The position numbers and the translations under genes are program-made. Positions 13,304-27,637 of a stretch of 64,000 nucleotides of DNA are shown in pieces. Location of the stretch: the NCBI RefSeq assembly GCF_006345805.1, contig NC_043014.1:28086001-28150000 (forward strand), read 5' to 3'. Each line of letters starts with the position of its first letter. The first letter of the stretch is position 1. The DNA is from Octopus sinensis (Eukaryota). The notes below the pieces were generated by a model, which saw only the letters and a list, made by a program, of their open reading frames with translations, made no database searches and had not been told where the DNA came from.

Positions 13304-13631
13304 TGATAACAAAAGGGGCTGATTGCTACCTAGCTCAGATACCAGGAAACCCCCAAATGGCTGAAACTCAAAAGATAGTGCTCATGGGAACTGCCCATAT
13401 CTTACATAAAATACTGTCTATGTAATCTCAAATTTTAAAACAAATTCACAATTTTCTTATGTTTTCTTAAACATTCTCTAAAACAATACTATGTGCAAAA
13501 CCAAATACATGACACCCTAGGCATAACACCAACATGAACTTCTAACTTGTCTCTTGAGGTCTCTAGGTAAGACTTGGAGCCAACTTGTACAAATACAAAA
13601 CAAAAGTTAAATATACAACAACAACAATAAG
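13304..13631 (+). mobile_element. Extreme 3' fragment of a second Dong/R4-like subfamily after (AAT)n
   Basis: MITKGADCYLAQIPGNPQMAETQKIVLMGTAHILHKILSM* is homologous to the C-terminus of the 8768-9316 ORF, with a different 3' UTR. Confidence 0.75.
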
Positions 13632-14651
13632 CTCTGAGAACTAATTACACTAAATTCCAAATAGATAAGAGCAGTGAATCCTAGCAGATTTTGCACAGAA
13701 CTTGCTCATCAAACATAAGAAAGATCAGCCATGAAAGAAGCTGCAGGAAGACATTCTCTGCTGTTTAGACTGTTTGTCAAGACGTAAAGAGCCATATATA
13801 TTAATTATTTACAGCAACAAGCCATGGCCAAACACCAGAAGCAAAAGAGTAGTCTGGTTTGGAAAGGCGGCATATTTTAGGTTAGTCTGAAGTCTGAAAG
13901 TGGACTTAGCCAGCATAAGAAAACACAAAATCTTAGGATTCTTCTTGCCACAGTATAGAACAATTGTTCTCAACTGGAGTTGATATAAGATTTTTGGAGC
14001 CCACACAAACAAAATAGTATGTTGGGTCCACATTAGTACTTCATGGGTCCATGAAAAAATTTTTTTTAGGGTGTATTTATTGCAAGGTTTCTTTCTCTGA
14101 TGTTTTACATAGTTCAACCTACACAAGTGAATGCTGTGATAAACAAAGTAGGAACTTTGGAAGAAGTATTTATAAAATTAGTTTTTAAACCGTGTATGAC
14201 TATGTGGGTCCCCCAGAATAAAATAACAATCAAAGGAGTCCATAGGTAAAAGAATGGTTGAGAGCTCATGGTCTAGAGAATCATTGTACAATTCACCTAC
14301 AAAGGAAAGATCTATTTATTTTCTGAGATGTGTGTGTATGTGTATGTGTGTGTGTGTGTCTGGTCAAAATGTACCCATGTGCTTTAAATAGATATTGTTT
14401 CTTTTCTCTTGCTTATTTCTTACTCTTTGGTAAGGGGTTAACCCTAAACATTAGTATACTTCTTTTCCTTTTCCTTCTTTTATTTTTCCAATGTATAATT
14501 TACTGTGCACAACTTTTTATGGGATTATTTTTGGCATATACATTTTGTTCATCACCTTTCGATTTTTGTCTACTTGTTGCAATCTCTTATGGTGTTCAAC
14601 TATCCATCTTTTATTCCCTTTTGTTCTATTTGTAATATTTTACCTATATAT

Positions 14652-14870
14652 AAGGTGGCAAGCTGGCAAATCATTAGCACACTGGAAAAAATACCTAGTG
14701 GCATTTTGTCCATCTTTATGTTTGGGGTTCAAATTCCACCAAGGTTGACTTTGCTTTTCGTCCTTTTGGAGTTGATAAAATAAGCACCAGTTGAGCACTA
14801 GGGGTCAATGTAATTGACTTACCCTTTCCATGAAATTGCTGGCCTTGTGCCAAAATTTGAAACCAATATT
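14652..14870 (+). mobile_element. tRNA-type SINE (CpG-decayed)
   Basis: Same family as 38140-38354, with TG/CA replacing CG. Confidence 0.75.
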
Positions 14871-15490
14871 TTACCTAAGTATAGGTGGTGCTCCAGCATG
14901 ACTGCAGCTGCTTAGCTGAAATGAATAAAAGAATACACACACACACACACACATATGTAAATATATTTTGTGTGTGTGTGTGTGTATTTTCATTTGTGTC
15001 CAAGACATTGTCAGCCCTTCCTCCCAACTAACTCCCCCTAAATAACCCCTAGCCCCTCTCATACAATCATGTATCACAACCTATTACAACAGCGGTCAAA
15101 TTTACTTCAAGGTACACCCAAACATCAGAAAAGGACATGGCAGACAATGTTAGACATTAGATACAACAAACTATTCTGAAAATGGTGTTTTGACTAGAAC
15201 TACCAATAAACACTTGCACTGATTGTAATTCACATCAGCTTTAGGTTTTAGTCTTACCTAATTTGTCATAATTTTATTATCACATTAGTCACCTTTTAAA
15301 TGATTTCAAATTCACCAAATAATTTTCTTATGCTATTTTGTCAAAGGTCGTCTATTTGTTGTCAAGCATGTATGTGTGGGAGTGTTGTCATGCAGCTGGT
15401 TTGCTCTTCACCCTGCCTGTTTTATATATTGATTGTTGGTACTAACGTAAGAATGTGTGCATGGGTGTTGTGTTTATTTGTTTGTATATG

Positions 15491-15529
<39 letters not shown>

Positions 15530-18299
15530 AAATTAACAGCTAAGTCAGAAATGCTAGGCTAGTTACAAAACTTAATGTTTTTAAAATACACAAACTGGTG
15601 TCTGTGTATTCCTTTGTAGCAAAGTGCAAGGAATGCATCCATCTCTGTTTTAAAACATTTGTAATATATTGTTTCATTTAATAAAACTTTAAAAATAAAC
15701 TGATGGCTTGCTGCAGTACTTTTAGCAACTTATTTGATGTTTTGTGGCTTGGAAAATACTTGAAAATTATTGTTCTTATAGTTTGTTTATAGATAGGAAA
15801 GAAAGGGGAAACATAAAATTTAGAATAAAGACAACTGGATATTCCTGGATATTCCTCAGAAACAACCAAATGCAACCCATTAACCCGTTTGAAAACTAAA
15901 TAGGGATTTAACAACTAATAAATCAGCTTGGACTGAGTGTAAAAAAGTTGATAGCCAGGAACAATATTAGATGTATCAAGCAAGGAAAGAGGCTAAAAGC
16001 AGGAATTTTGTTGAAGTTCTGAGTCCTGAGGAAGACAAGCATTAACATGGTCACAATTATCTCTAGGATTGGAACAAGGGCACAACATTGGTACAGAATA
16101 CATTTGATTTACTCTACTCCCAAAGCTAGATGACAGAGTTAAACAAGGAAACAAATCAAATCTATCACCATAGAACAGGTATTGTTCTCGTGGTCATTTT
16201 AAGCACAATTCCTATCCACCTAATTCAACTCCCAAATTCTTCTGTTCCCTTGAGCTGATTGGAGAAAACATTTCTCTTTGGTGTCATGGTATGGGGTCAG
16301 TCCAGGAATAATGTAGCTATAAAAGAAACCATTTAATGCCATAGCCATTTCTGTTTCTATAATGATTTTAAACAATTTTTAGGAGGAAGCTGGGATGGAT
16401 AATTGATGAAATCAATAAGTACGTAAGTAGCAAAGTTGACCTCCAGTAGTATTTCAATTCAAAACTTAAAAAGACATAGCCAAATAAGGTAAAGCCTTTT
16501 CTATGACAATTTAGCAATTCTGTCAATCATCTGCCCAGCCCAAAAAGCTTCATGCCAGGGGATTAAAATGAATGTTCAGCAATTTCAGTTAGTAATAACT
16601 ATGTCTGAATAATCTTCATAACTTGCTGCTCAACGTTAGATTTGACTGAGTAGATCTATAGTATGGAAATAGTCAGAATTGTGATATGGAGTATCATAAT
16701 TCATTCACAGAGATTATGATTATCAATGACAGTTGTTTTTGTGTTGTCAAAAAAGGATTTCTATCAAGGAAATTCAAATACGGCAGAATTTTTTCAGCTG
16801 TTGTATACTTCGAATTACATTTTCTTTCTTTCTTCTTTTTTTTTTGAAGCTCCGGGGTGTGATTTAGCTATAATTTTTTTTTGTAAACTAACTTAATTAA
16901 AGGGGTTTGCAAGTTAAATTCTGTGAATTCCTGTTCTAATGTTAGCTTCGCAACATGTTTCAGGGAGGTAACTCTGTTGTGATTTTCAAAACTTTTAACC
17001 AATTTGTTTTCCATCGGGCTGTTTTACAACGTCTTGATACGACAAAAAATGTAATATACCTTGCATTCGAGTCCGAAGGGGAAGTGAATATTGTGTGTCG
17101 TAATTCCGAGAGCTAGGTTCAATAGAAGGTTGATATGTGTAAATGTTTATCTTGTTTATGTATTTATGTATGTATCATCATCATCATCTAATGTCCATGT
17201 TCCATGCTGGCATGGGCTGAACGTTTGTTTGACAGAATCTGGTATATTCAAGGACTACATCGTGCTCCAGTTTTTATGGCTGGATTCCCTTCCTAATGCC
17301 AACCATTTTACAAATGGAGTGGGTAGTTTTTTTTTTTTTTTGCCTGAAACTAACCCCACTTCACCCCTGGCAAGAGGAGTGGAGGTCAGCTTCATACTCG
17401 TAAAGAAGGGATTGAACTATGAAAAGAGTGGGGCAGTGCAAGTTTTTGTAGAGGATCTGCATGGCTACTCACATCTAGTAAGTGAAGGGAAGAGAAAGAG
17501 AAAATGAACAGTGGGAGCTGCAAGAGGTGGATAATGGCAATGGGGTGTTATAAATGGCCCCACAAGGCACAAGGTGAGTTGAAGAATTAGTTTACAAGAT
17601 TGTATGAGAAGGAGAAATGGGGGGATATGACTATTCTTCTTTTACACACATGTGTATATGAATGTAATTCTGTGTGTATCTGTACAGGGTGAAAAGTCAC
17701 CAAAACATCTAGATATCCACAAGATCATTTTCTTTATGTGATATATTTGAAGTTCATTCTTTCTAGTTGTTAAATTCACAAAAACATAAATTCATAACAC
17801 CCACTACCTGTTGAGTCATTGTGTACTCTCAGTAATTATATATTTCTTATGATTTTGTACTGCCTAGGTTAGTGATAGTGACACATTTTTATTCAATTTA
17901 GTTGAAAATTCCGTTTTTTAATAATCTGTTATAGGAATATCACTATCATATATTCATGCTCTTTGGTTTTCGGTAAATGCTTATAGATAAGAAGCCAATT
18001 TTACCATTATATTTATAAGACTAGGAATTTTATAAAATATAACTCAAAATATACAAATACAATAAGTTAAAAGAAAGGAAATTTTAAAAGTTAACTTTGA
18101 TGACATATTTTGTTGGATTAAAATGTATGCTTTTTACCATTCTGTTTCTTTTGTTTACTTTTATATTATTTAATGCTGGAATACATTGATGACAAAAAGG
18201 GTTAGGAGTGCTTTTGCGAGAATTTTAAGAATTTTAAGAGCGCCAAAATTTTAGGGAATGCAATTCCACACACTCAGAAATCTGCAACCTTAAAAAGCT

Positions 18300-18750
18300 G
18301 TCTACGATTATTTGTACAGATTCAGGTTCAATTTCTTCTAAAGCAGCTCTCAGTGTAACATAGCATTGCTTCCAGTCAACTATCTGCACTTCTACATCTA
18401 CTCATCATAACAATTCAAATGCATCTAATTTCAGTTTCCTGATATCTTCTCTTTGAGGATAGTTTATAAATTTTCTTTAACTCACTGTATTGCACAAATC
18501 TAGAAGAAAATTGCTCTACCACAGACCTTAGAACTTCTATAAACTATTTTGTGAATTTTCAGTTTTCTTATAACTGCTTTTTTCAAAAAATTTCTATGGT
18601 CTTGTGAAGTACTTGAAACTTTTACTCTTTATATTACTTCATAATTTTTTGAATTTACACTCAAAACCTTTGATCAAACCAGGAAGATCATGCTTCATGC
18701 TTTTACATTTTTAGAAATAATCCACTTTTGGATTATTCTGAGTTAAAATT
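18300..18750 (-). pseudogene. Probable hAT (SPIN/GTF2IRD2-like) transposase remnant
   Basis: Minus strand DLPGLIKGFECKFKKL and EVLRSVVEQFSSRFVQYSEL resemble the C-terminal part of this family. Heavily degraded. Confidence 0.45.
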
Positions 18751-19059
18751 CCACTGAGGTCAACTTTACATTTCATCCTTTTGGGGTCAATAAAATAAGT
18801 ACAAGTCAAGTACTAGAGTCAATGTAATTGACTTGCCCCTCAAATTTGTTGGTCTTGTGCAAAAATTAGAAATAATAATAATAATAATTATTATTATTGT
18901 TGTTATTAAAGTAAACATTAAAATTCTGCTGAGGTTGAATTTATCTTTCATCCTTTCAGGGTTGATAAAATGAGTCCTGGACTTAAATTCAAGAATCTTT
19001 TACCTCAGTACACATTATTGAAGTTGTTCTACTGTATAATGGTAATATATATACTTTGA

Positions 19060-19810
19060 TCCCTGTTGGATACTCAGTGAACATGAATGAAACATCTGAA
19101 ATTTTGGTGTCATTCTTACACAAGATTAAATTCAAAGACCACAACTGGATGATTTATGGCAAGTTGAAAATAATCTGCATGGTGCTTGGACAATAGCTAG
19201 GCTACACAAAATTTCTGTTTCTCATGTGAACAGGATAACAGAGCCAGGAACCTCCATTGATCTAAAAAAATTAAAAGGCATACATCAGGAAGAAAGAATA
19301 TCCTTAGAGAAAGTTTGACTAATCTGAAAGGGGTTCTTATGGCTCCCCCACTTATAAAACTTGGCTTCATGAAGCAATTCATGAAAGCTTTGCAACAGGA
19401 TGGAGAGGGCTTCAATTATTTGCATTGCAAGTTTCCAGCTCTAGCAAGTACCAAGGTTGAAGAAGGAAGAATTTTGAAAACTCTCCAAGTGATTCTTAAA
19501 AAGATGCATGGTTTAGTTTTAAGGATATGATGAAGAACTACTTGGGTTACCACAAAGATCCAAACTACAAACACATACTGGGAAGAATGCTGAAGAAGTT
19601 CAAAGCCTAAGGATATAAAACGAGCATTCAAGACCATTTCCTACATGGCCATTTGGTTTTCTTTCCAGAAAATCTGGGGATGTAAGTGAGGAACAGTTGG
19701 AAAGGTTTCATCAAGACATAAAGGAGTTGGAAAGAAGATATCAGGGACAATGGATTGTCAATACAATGGCTGACTGTTGCTGGATGACACATGTGAATGT
19801 CCATCAAATG
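19060..19810 (+). pseudogene. DNA transposase remnant, CMC/Chapaev-3-like
   Basis: PVGYS, PPLIKLGFMKQFMKAL, FLHGHLVFFPENLG, SEEQLERFHQDIKELERRYQG, MADCCW motifs. Transposase nature is clear; the family name is from recall. Confidence 0.65.
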
Positions 19811-20129
19811 CTCACAAGTGAAAGAGTTCCAGGTGTAGTTTCCTACTGAATTTTGAGGTACTGAACCCCAAAAGAAAATTAATAGAACCCTTGTAAAAAT
19901 CTATTTTCTCACCTTTCAGTTGCATTTATGCCATTTTATTTTGCTAAATAAAGTACCAAATTCATTTTTACTAGTTTCAGTTTGTTCTACCATATGTGGA
20001 TTTACTAATTATGAGAAAACCTTAGGTAATGGGAAAGAATTTGTTTGACATTTCAAATTAGCACCACAAAAATATCTGAGGAAATGTACAATTACCAAAA
20101 CAATTTAAAAAAAGTTCCATTTTGCAGAC

Positions 20130-20145
20130 TTGAATCATCATCATC

Positions 20146-20204
<59 letters not shown>

Positions 20205-20205
20205 T
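20130..20205 (+). repeat. (ATC/ACC)n microsatellite
   Basis: Direct inspection; source of the spurious poly-His/poly-Ser ORFs. Confidence 0.95.
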
Positions 20206-20742
20206 CAGTAGTCTTATATTTATCACATGCTTTCACTGCACTACCAAGTGCAGCTCTGCGTGCCTTGGGTATGTGCTGTGGTTTGTTGTGTATTGAAAGT
20301 GTTTTATGTAGAATGTATGCAGGGCCTAGTAGTGCTATTTTCTGTATGTTATATATACTTGCTAGTCCTGGTGTTTTTGTTATGTTTTTGCCTGAATGAT
20401 TTTTTTATCATACCTAATGTGCCTACTATGATAGGAATTGTTTCTGTTTTTAGGCTCCACATTCGAATTATAATTGTTATTATTATAATTATTCAAATTC
20501 TACTGAGGTCAACTTTGCCTTTCATCCTTTCAGGGTCAATAAATTAAGTACTAGTGAAACACTGGGGTCGATGTAATCAACTAGCCCCCTCTCCCAAAAT
20601 TTCAGGCCTTGTGCGTTTAGCAGAAAGGATTATTATTATCAATAATATTATTCTGCTAACTATTTGTTTTTGTACGTACCTGTTGTGTGTGTCACACTTC
20701 AAAGAAAAGACAAAGCGAGAGAGAGAGGAGGACAGAGAGGAA

Positions 20743-20779
<37 letters not shown>

Positions 20780-20887
20780 TGAGAGAAAGGGAGAGTGAGA
20801 GACAAAGTGAGAGAATGAGAGATAAAGAGAGTGAAAGAGACAGTGAGTGGTAATGGCGTTCGTTTTGTGTTTTTGAATGTTTCAGAG

Positions 20888-21171
20888 AGAACGTAAGAGA
20901 GAAAGAGAGTGAGAGAGAGAGAAAAAGTGAGAGAGAAATAGAGAGAGAATGAAAGAGACAGTGAGTGGTGACAGCATTCGTTTTGTGTTTTTAATTGTTT
21001 ATCACATTGCAAGAAAAGTAGATACATAGATATGTATCTACTTTTCTTGCAATGTGATAAACAATTAAAAACAGAAAACGAATGCTGTCACCACTCACTG
21101 TCTCTTTCATTCTCTCTCTATTTCTCTCTCACTTTTTCTCTCTCTCTCACTCTCTTTCTCTCTTACGTTCT
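20888..21171. repeat. Near-perfect palindrome, 141-bp arms, 2-nt spacer
   Basis: 20888-21028 is the reverse complement of 21031-21171 with one mismatch seen. Confidence 0.9.
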
Positions 21172-21794
21172 GGACTTAAATACACATTGTTAAATCAGGA
21201 GAAAAGAAGGACACAAAGGAAGCGAAAGAGAAAGAGAGAAAGTGAGAGAGGAAGTAGATACATAAATCCAAAGAAAAGTTCATACATAGATACATATACA
21301 CAGCAAATATTGGATGTCAATTTCACTTTACATTACCACACAAGGATAAAATTAACTCACAAATGGATGAGTGCTCCACAGACATGCATATCATTAACGT
21401 AATTCTCAGGGAGATTCAGCCTCACACAGAATATGACAAGGCTGGCCCCTATGATTTACAGCTACAACACAAGACATATATATATATGAATGTATTTGTG
21501 TGTGTGTATAGTTTAGGTTAGTTAAAAGGTTTGCAATATTAAGTGTCATGTGGTGGAAATAAATGCAATTACCAAACTTCCATTCATAAATCCATTTATT
21601 ATTTCATTCTTTTGCATTTCAATTTGTACATTAAGGTTCTTTGAATATGTACAATGTATTTTAAGGTTAAATAGTAATTCTGTTTATGTTTGTGTAACTG
21701 AGATATTTTGGTTGGATTATGTAATCATTGGTGTTACATTACTTTCTATATTCTGTAACTGTCATAATATACTTTTCGAGGCCTGAATTTTTTG

Positions 21795-21910
21795 TGGGGA
21801 GGGGCCAGTTGATTAGATTGACCCCAGTACACAACTGATACTTAATTTATCAACCCTGAAAGGATGAAAGGCAAAGCCAATCTCGGCAGAATTTGAACTC
21901 AGAAAGGAAA
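21795..21910 (-). mobile_element. SINE fragment
   Basis: GACCCCAG...GAAAGGATGAAAGGCAAAG...GAATTTGAACTCAG is the reverse of the SINE body. Similar fragments occur at ~18745, 20495, 35170, 51080. Confidence 0.7.
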
Positions 21911-22057
21911 GGCATATGGTTATAATATACAAACATTTCTCATGGCACCAGTACACTGTTTACAGATGCTTACATTTTTTAGGTTTGCCATAAATTTTTC
22001 ACGGGTCCAGCTAGTTATTATTATTATTATTATTATTATCATTATTATTATTATTAT

Positions 22058-22410
22058 ATGCCCTGATGCAGTACCAGGCAGTGGCTCTCATGGCTTCTGA
22101 TCTTAACTGATTGGAAGTGTTATCATGTACATTGTTTTGTCTTGGTATAAAAGATGGGCTACAGCAAATATTCTGCTCAATACCACAGATTTGCTTGTCA
22201 GTTGTTTGACCTTAACCAGTTGAGCATGTCCCTTAGTGGCTGACGATATGTGCATCTCTGATCACGAGCAGAAGTAGTGGGGGAGCATCATAGCCATGTG
22301 TTGAGATGGATTCTTTGGGGTTTGAATAATTCACCTCTGGAAACATGGGTGTTTCGTTCAATGTCCTTAAACAACCCTTATTCAGGGACCTTTTGAGCGG
22401 GATGGGTTAC

Positions 22411-22411
<1 letters not shown>
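22058..22411. mobile_element. Same element, truncated copy 2, flanked by (ATT)n on both sides
   Basis: Co-linear homology with 12647-12985. Confidence 0.75.
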
Positions 22412-22461
<50 letters not shown>

Positions 22462-22639
22462 CCTTAGTTGATGAAAACTCTCAGCTTATTTTGCAGGGTA
22501 TGATGGAAAGTGTCATCTGTCCACAGCCAGCAGACTTTGACTCAAAGGCGTGTGCATGCAGCTCAGCTGTTACAATACTGGAGTTCTGTAAATTCCATAA
22601 AATTTATTTATTTATTTATTTTTGTGGGTAGAAATGTAC

Positions 22640-22752
22640 ATTTCCTATGATCTCACAATAAAGTGAAAGAGAGAGAGAGAAAATTGACTGGGACATGCGT
22701 ATGTGTTGTTGGCAGAGTGGGTGTGAGACAGAAAGTGTGTGTTGTGTGTGTA

Positions 22753-22784
<32 letters not shown>

Positions 22785-23040
22785 TGAGATGTGTGTTACT
22801 GTGTGTGTGTGTGTGTGTGTGCGCACGCGTGCGTGTGTGTGAGGGAGAGAGTAACAGCATACACTGTTTTTATTTATTTTTCCCCCGCATCTTTTTTGAG
22901 TGTGTGAGTGATTGACTGAGAGAGAGAAAGAGAGAGAGAGAGAGATGTGTGTTGTCGGAAAGCAAGAGAGTGAGAGAGAGAAAGTGTGTATTGCTGTGTG
23001 TGTGTCTTTGTGCAAATAATGTGCCATACCGTTTCACCTC

Positions 23041-23079
<39 letters not shown>

Positions 23080-23115
23080 CATTAATGTAAGCACACACAC
23101 ACACACACACACATA
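22640..23115. repeat. Compound (GT)/(GA)/(ATT)/(AC) microsatellite block
   Basis: Direct inspection. Confidence 0.9.
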
Positions 23116-23554
23116 TATATACCAGAAATATAAGTACATTTTGGTATATGCATTTATATTATGCATAAATACACATATACAGTGCTTAATATATAGTTCA
23201 TGTGGGACGCATATAAAAGGTATATAAAGAATACAGTAATTTATACATCTGAGCAGAATAGCTAATGATAGACCTTCTAACGATATATCATGAAAATACA
23301 AAATAGCAAGGAGGACCAAACACATTAACCAATAAGCTAACTAGTTAAACAAACAACTGAATAATAATAGGCTGAGTGAATAGAGCTATACAGAACTACT
23401 TGAATTTTTCTAAGAAGAATTTTAGACACAGCTATTTGTGTATCTATATATGAAATATATATGCATATGAAATTAATATGTATGTAGTTCTAACTATATG
23501 CATATATGTGTGTGTGTGTGTATTTTATATATATGTATGATGTGTGTGTGCAAA

Positions 23555-24385
23555 CAGCTATGCTATACAACAGTGAAACATAGGCTGTGACCACCAAGGA
23601 CATGTATAGGCTTGTAAGAAATGAAGTTAGCATGCTTTGCAAGATGTGCAATGTCAGTGTGCATATACAAGAGAGTGTGAACATCTTGAGAGACAAGCTG
23701 GGCATAAGTGACATCAGATGTGGTGTGCAAGAGAGAGAACTGTGCTGGTATGGTCATGTGATGTATATAGACGAGAACAGCTGTGTGAAGAAGTGCTGAT
23801 CTCTAACTGTGGAGGGAACCTGTGGAAGAAGTAGACCCAGGAAGACATGGGACGAGTTGGTGAAGCATGGTCTTTGAATGTTGGACCTCATAGAGGCAAT
23901 GACTAGTAACCAAGACCTTTGGTGATATGCTGTGCTGGAGAAGACCTGTCATGCCAAGTGAAATTGTAGTGGTGACCAGTGTTGTGTAACTAGCATCCAT
24001 GCCAGTGGCATGTAAAAAGCACCTTTTGAGTATTGGGTCTCATGGAGGCAATATGACCAATGCTGTGCTGGTGGCATGTAAAAAGCACCTTTTGAGCATT
24101 GGGCCCCATGAAGGCAATTTCAAATGACCCAGAACTTTGACAATATGCCATGCTTGAGTGAAATCATAGTCATGGCAATACTGGTGTCATGCAGCTGGCA
24201 CCCATGCTGGTGCCATGTAAAAGCACCCATTGCACTCTCAGAGTGGTTGATGTCAGGAAGGTCATCCAGTCATAGAAATCATGCCAAATCAGACTGGAGT
24301 CTGGTACAGCCTCTCAGCTTACCAACCCTGGTCAAGCTATCCAACCTATGCCAGCATGGACAACAGATGTTAAATGATGATGATA
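23555..24385 (+). mobile_element. RTE LINE 3' fragment with 3' UTR tandem repeats and (GAT)n tail
   Basis: CWYGHVM..DENSCVKKC, GRSRPRKTW. Duplicated unit TGGCATGTAAAAAGCACC at ~24007 and ~24072. Confidence 0.8.
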
Positions 24386-24879
24386 CATACACACACAGAG
24401 GAAACCCTTAGTTTATGGAAGTAATGTGTTTCCAAAAATCTGGTCAAAATGCAAAATGGTGTTATGTGAAATTAATTTTCTCCTTCATTTTGATTTTCAT
24501 ATTATCAACTGAGATTGCATTCCAACAAACATAAAAAAAAAATGGAAGGACAATAAACAACAGAGAACAAGCAACACAATCACCTTTAAGCAAGAAAATA
24601 ACAATTTCTAAACATACACAATACAATTTAGATACATAAAAATATAAAAACGTTTCAAGAGGAATAAGACAGAGAATGAGAATCATAATATCGTAAGAGT
24701 ACATTCTTACTACAAAAGATGTTGACTACAGTGTGAGGGGTGGTGGTAGAATGAGCATTACTAGTTGAGTGAGGGATAATATCTCCATGTCTTATAGTTT
24801 AATATCATGAACATCAGCTTGAGGGGTGAAGAACTTATCCAAAGTTGTTTGTTGTTTATGACATATCTCTTTGTATAGC

Positions 24880-26460
24880 TTAGTATAGAAATTGGGCTCA
24901 TTGTAAACTCCCCTTGTAATTTCTTATGCCAGGTTCACGATTAGGATAATTTTCTGTAAAAACCTGCAGACCTTCCTCTAAAAGTACCACTCCTTTAACA
25001 ATAATTTTTGTAGTCAATTGAAGTGGTGTAGGAGAAATTTCCGCTGTCTCAGCTGTATGCTCAGCTTGTTCTATTTCAAACAACATCTGCTTCTCGTTAG
25101 ATAAACTTTATATCTAGGACACTAGCAATTCAATAATGATCATCCTCTATGACTTTTTCAAATCCTACATCTTTTGCAAGTGTCACAATATCTTTCCAAA
25201 TTTGATGCAGACTTTTTGCTTGAGGAAAACTTGTAATGTCAAAGATTCAGTCTGGCCATATACCTTTCTAAGCACTATTCAAAGTTGAAGGTTTCACAAT
25301 AAGGTATATTGCTCACAGCATCCATTATATTGAATTTTTTTCCAGAAATCTCTGACTGTAGGTTTATCTTCCTTGTTAATTGCTTTCATAAGTTGTTTGA
25401 AAGTTCTCATAATATGCCTTGAAGTTAGCTATCCCACCTTGATCCATTTCTTGGAACAAAGAAGTTGTATTCTTGGGGATATATTCTACTCTCACATTAT
25501 CAGAAAGGTCATTAAGTTTGTTGGGTGGTTAATTGCATTGTCTAAAAGAAGCAATGCTTTATTCAAAATATTGTCTGGCACTGTACCTTTCTGCTGCAAG
25601 ACAAAAATGTTTGTAAACCACTCTTTGAAAAGGTTCTTAGTCATCCATGCTTTCTTATTTGAATACCAAATCTGAGGTTAAACTTTGTGTAATCTTTGGA
25701 AGCCCTTAGATTGTCAGAGTGATACATGTGTAGGGGCTTTAATTTCATATTCCCAGTACCATTTCCTCCCAAATGAAGTGTCAAGTGATTTTTGGAAGCT
25801 TTTAATTCCTGGTGTTGGTTTTTCTTATTGAGAAATAAAAGTTCTATCAAGCATGCACTTTCAGAAAAGTGCAATTTCCTCAACATTGTATACTTGCTCT
25901 GGTGTGTAACCCCTTTTTGCAATCATTTTCTTCAGCTGCCCAGGACAATTAGTTGCAGCCTCTGTATCAGCACTCACAGTTTTACCAGTCATTTCTATGT
26001 TGTGCGTATTCATGCACTCCTTAAACCTTTCAAACCAGCCTTTACTAGCCAAAAAGGGCTTTTCTTTGAAGTTTCATCTTCCCTTTTCTGCAAATTGTCA
26101 TATAAACTTTTCGTTATTTATGGAATTATAATCATATTTATCAATACATTATGCTGATTCTGATCCATGATCCATACACTCAGAGTAATTCTATTTTAAG
26201 CATTACCTTTAGATGTATGGAAAAATATGGTCCAAACAATTAATGGAGTAGCTTCTTGAGCATTGACATATTTTTCTCTCTGCTGACATGTATTGTTCCC
26301 ACTGTAGTTGTTGTAAGATTTAATGTTTTGGTAATATAACTTAGTTTTACTTCTGCATCAAGTCTTTTTAAGACATGAAATTTAATATCTAGTGCAATCT
26401 CTTTATGGTTCCTTTTTGCACAACTGCCTTCAAGTCTACTTGATAGCTTCTTTCCAGGCT
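24880..26460 (-). pseudogene. Tigger/pogo-family transposase remnant
   Basis: ASKGWFERFK, YNVEEIALF, KAWMT, LLLLDNA, PKNTTS...MDQG. Multiple stops. Confidence 0.85.
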
Positions 26461-27606
26461 TCTTAAATTGAAAGTAAATACAATAGCAGCGGTGATTAAA
26501 TATCTACAATAAATTTGTAGTAAAGAAATTGGCTCAGAAAAGATCTAATTTGTGAAAGCAGAAAATTGTTTTAATTCCTATTGATGAAATAATTAAAATG
26601 AGATGGAAAAGTGAAGGACTGAGGAAGAGAAAGTATTATATGATTACAGTCAGCTGAAGGGTCATTAGATTTTATAGGCATTTCTCCCCTTGCACTTCCA
26701 ACTTATGACATAAATACATGCACACTCATGCACTCATACACACAAACTCACATACACACTCGTACACACTCTGACACACACACATGTGTTAGCATACATG
26801 CTGATATCTGTTGTAGTCAGTTGGATTCAAAAGTTGGTGGATTGATGGTGGTGATGATGTGGGTTACATTGGTTTAGATGTTAGTGATGGTGGGAAGGTT
26901 TTGCTGGTGTTGTGGTGGTTATATTGTTCTTGTTAATTCTTTTGTTGTGACTGTTTAGTCTCAAGTCAGTCTTCATAGACCTAAGATCAAAGACATTCCG
27001 TTCAGCTTTAAAAACACAATAGGACACTTCATTATATGTTTTTACTTGAGATGGATTTGCTTATCTACTTCATGCTATATATTACTGTTGCTGTTGGTGG
27101 TTGTGTTTGTGTTGATAATAGAAACACGCATGCATACATACATACACACACACATACATACATACATACATACATACAAACATACAGGCACATTCATAAA
27201 CATGTACATATATATATACTCACATTGTGTACATTATATATACACTAGCATACCTGTGTTGTCAAAAATGCCAACAATTTTATTAATGATAGAAAATGGT
27301 GCATCAACATAACAATGGGAGAAACTGTTGATAAATGTCAGCAATCTAGTAAATATATGTACATACACAGAATTGAAGCACTTGAAGAATCAGATACGCT
27401 CATAATATCTTGGTTGAAAATATTATCTTTAACCACTTGAGCATGTCTCTTAGAGTAATCCCTTTATGACTGGCCATAACGTAGAATTAAATCCCTTTGT
27501 GAATGTTTTACTTCCTAAAAAATATATTACTTCTCTAATGCTATAGAGTGCCCTTCTTTTTTGGATAAATGAACCTACGACAATAATACATACATACATA
27601 CGTGCG

Positions 27607-27637
<31 letters not shown>

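Noticed and set aside
13680-13960. Possible RTE C-terminal zinc-finger relic (KSESGLSQHKK)
   Set aside because: Too short and degraded to assign.
15850-16300. Possible very old RT remnant on the minus strand
   Set aside because: Only vague motif resemblance and many stops.
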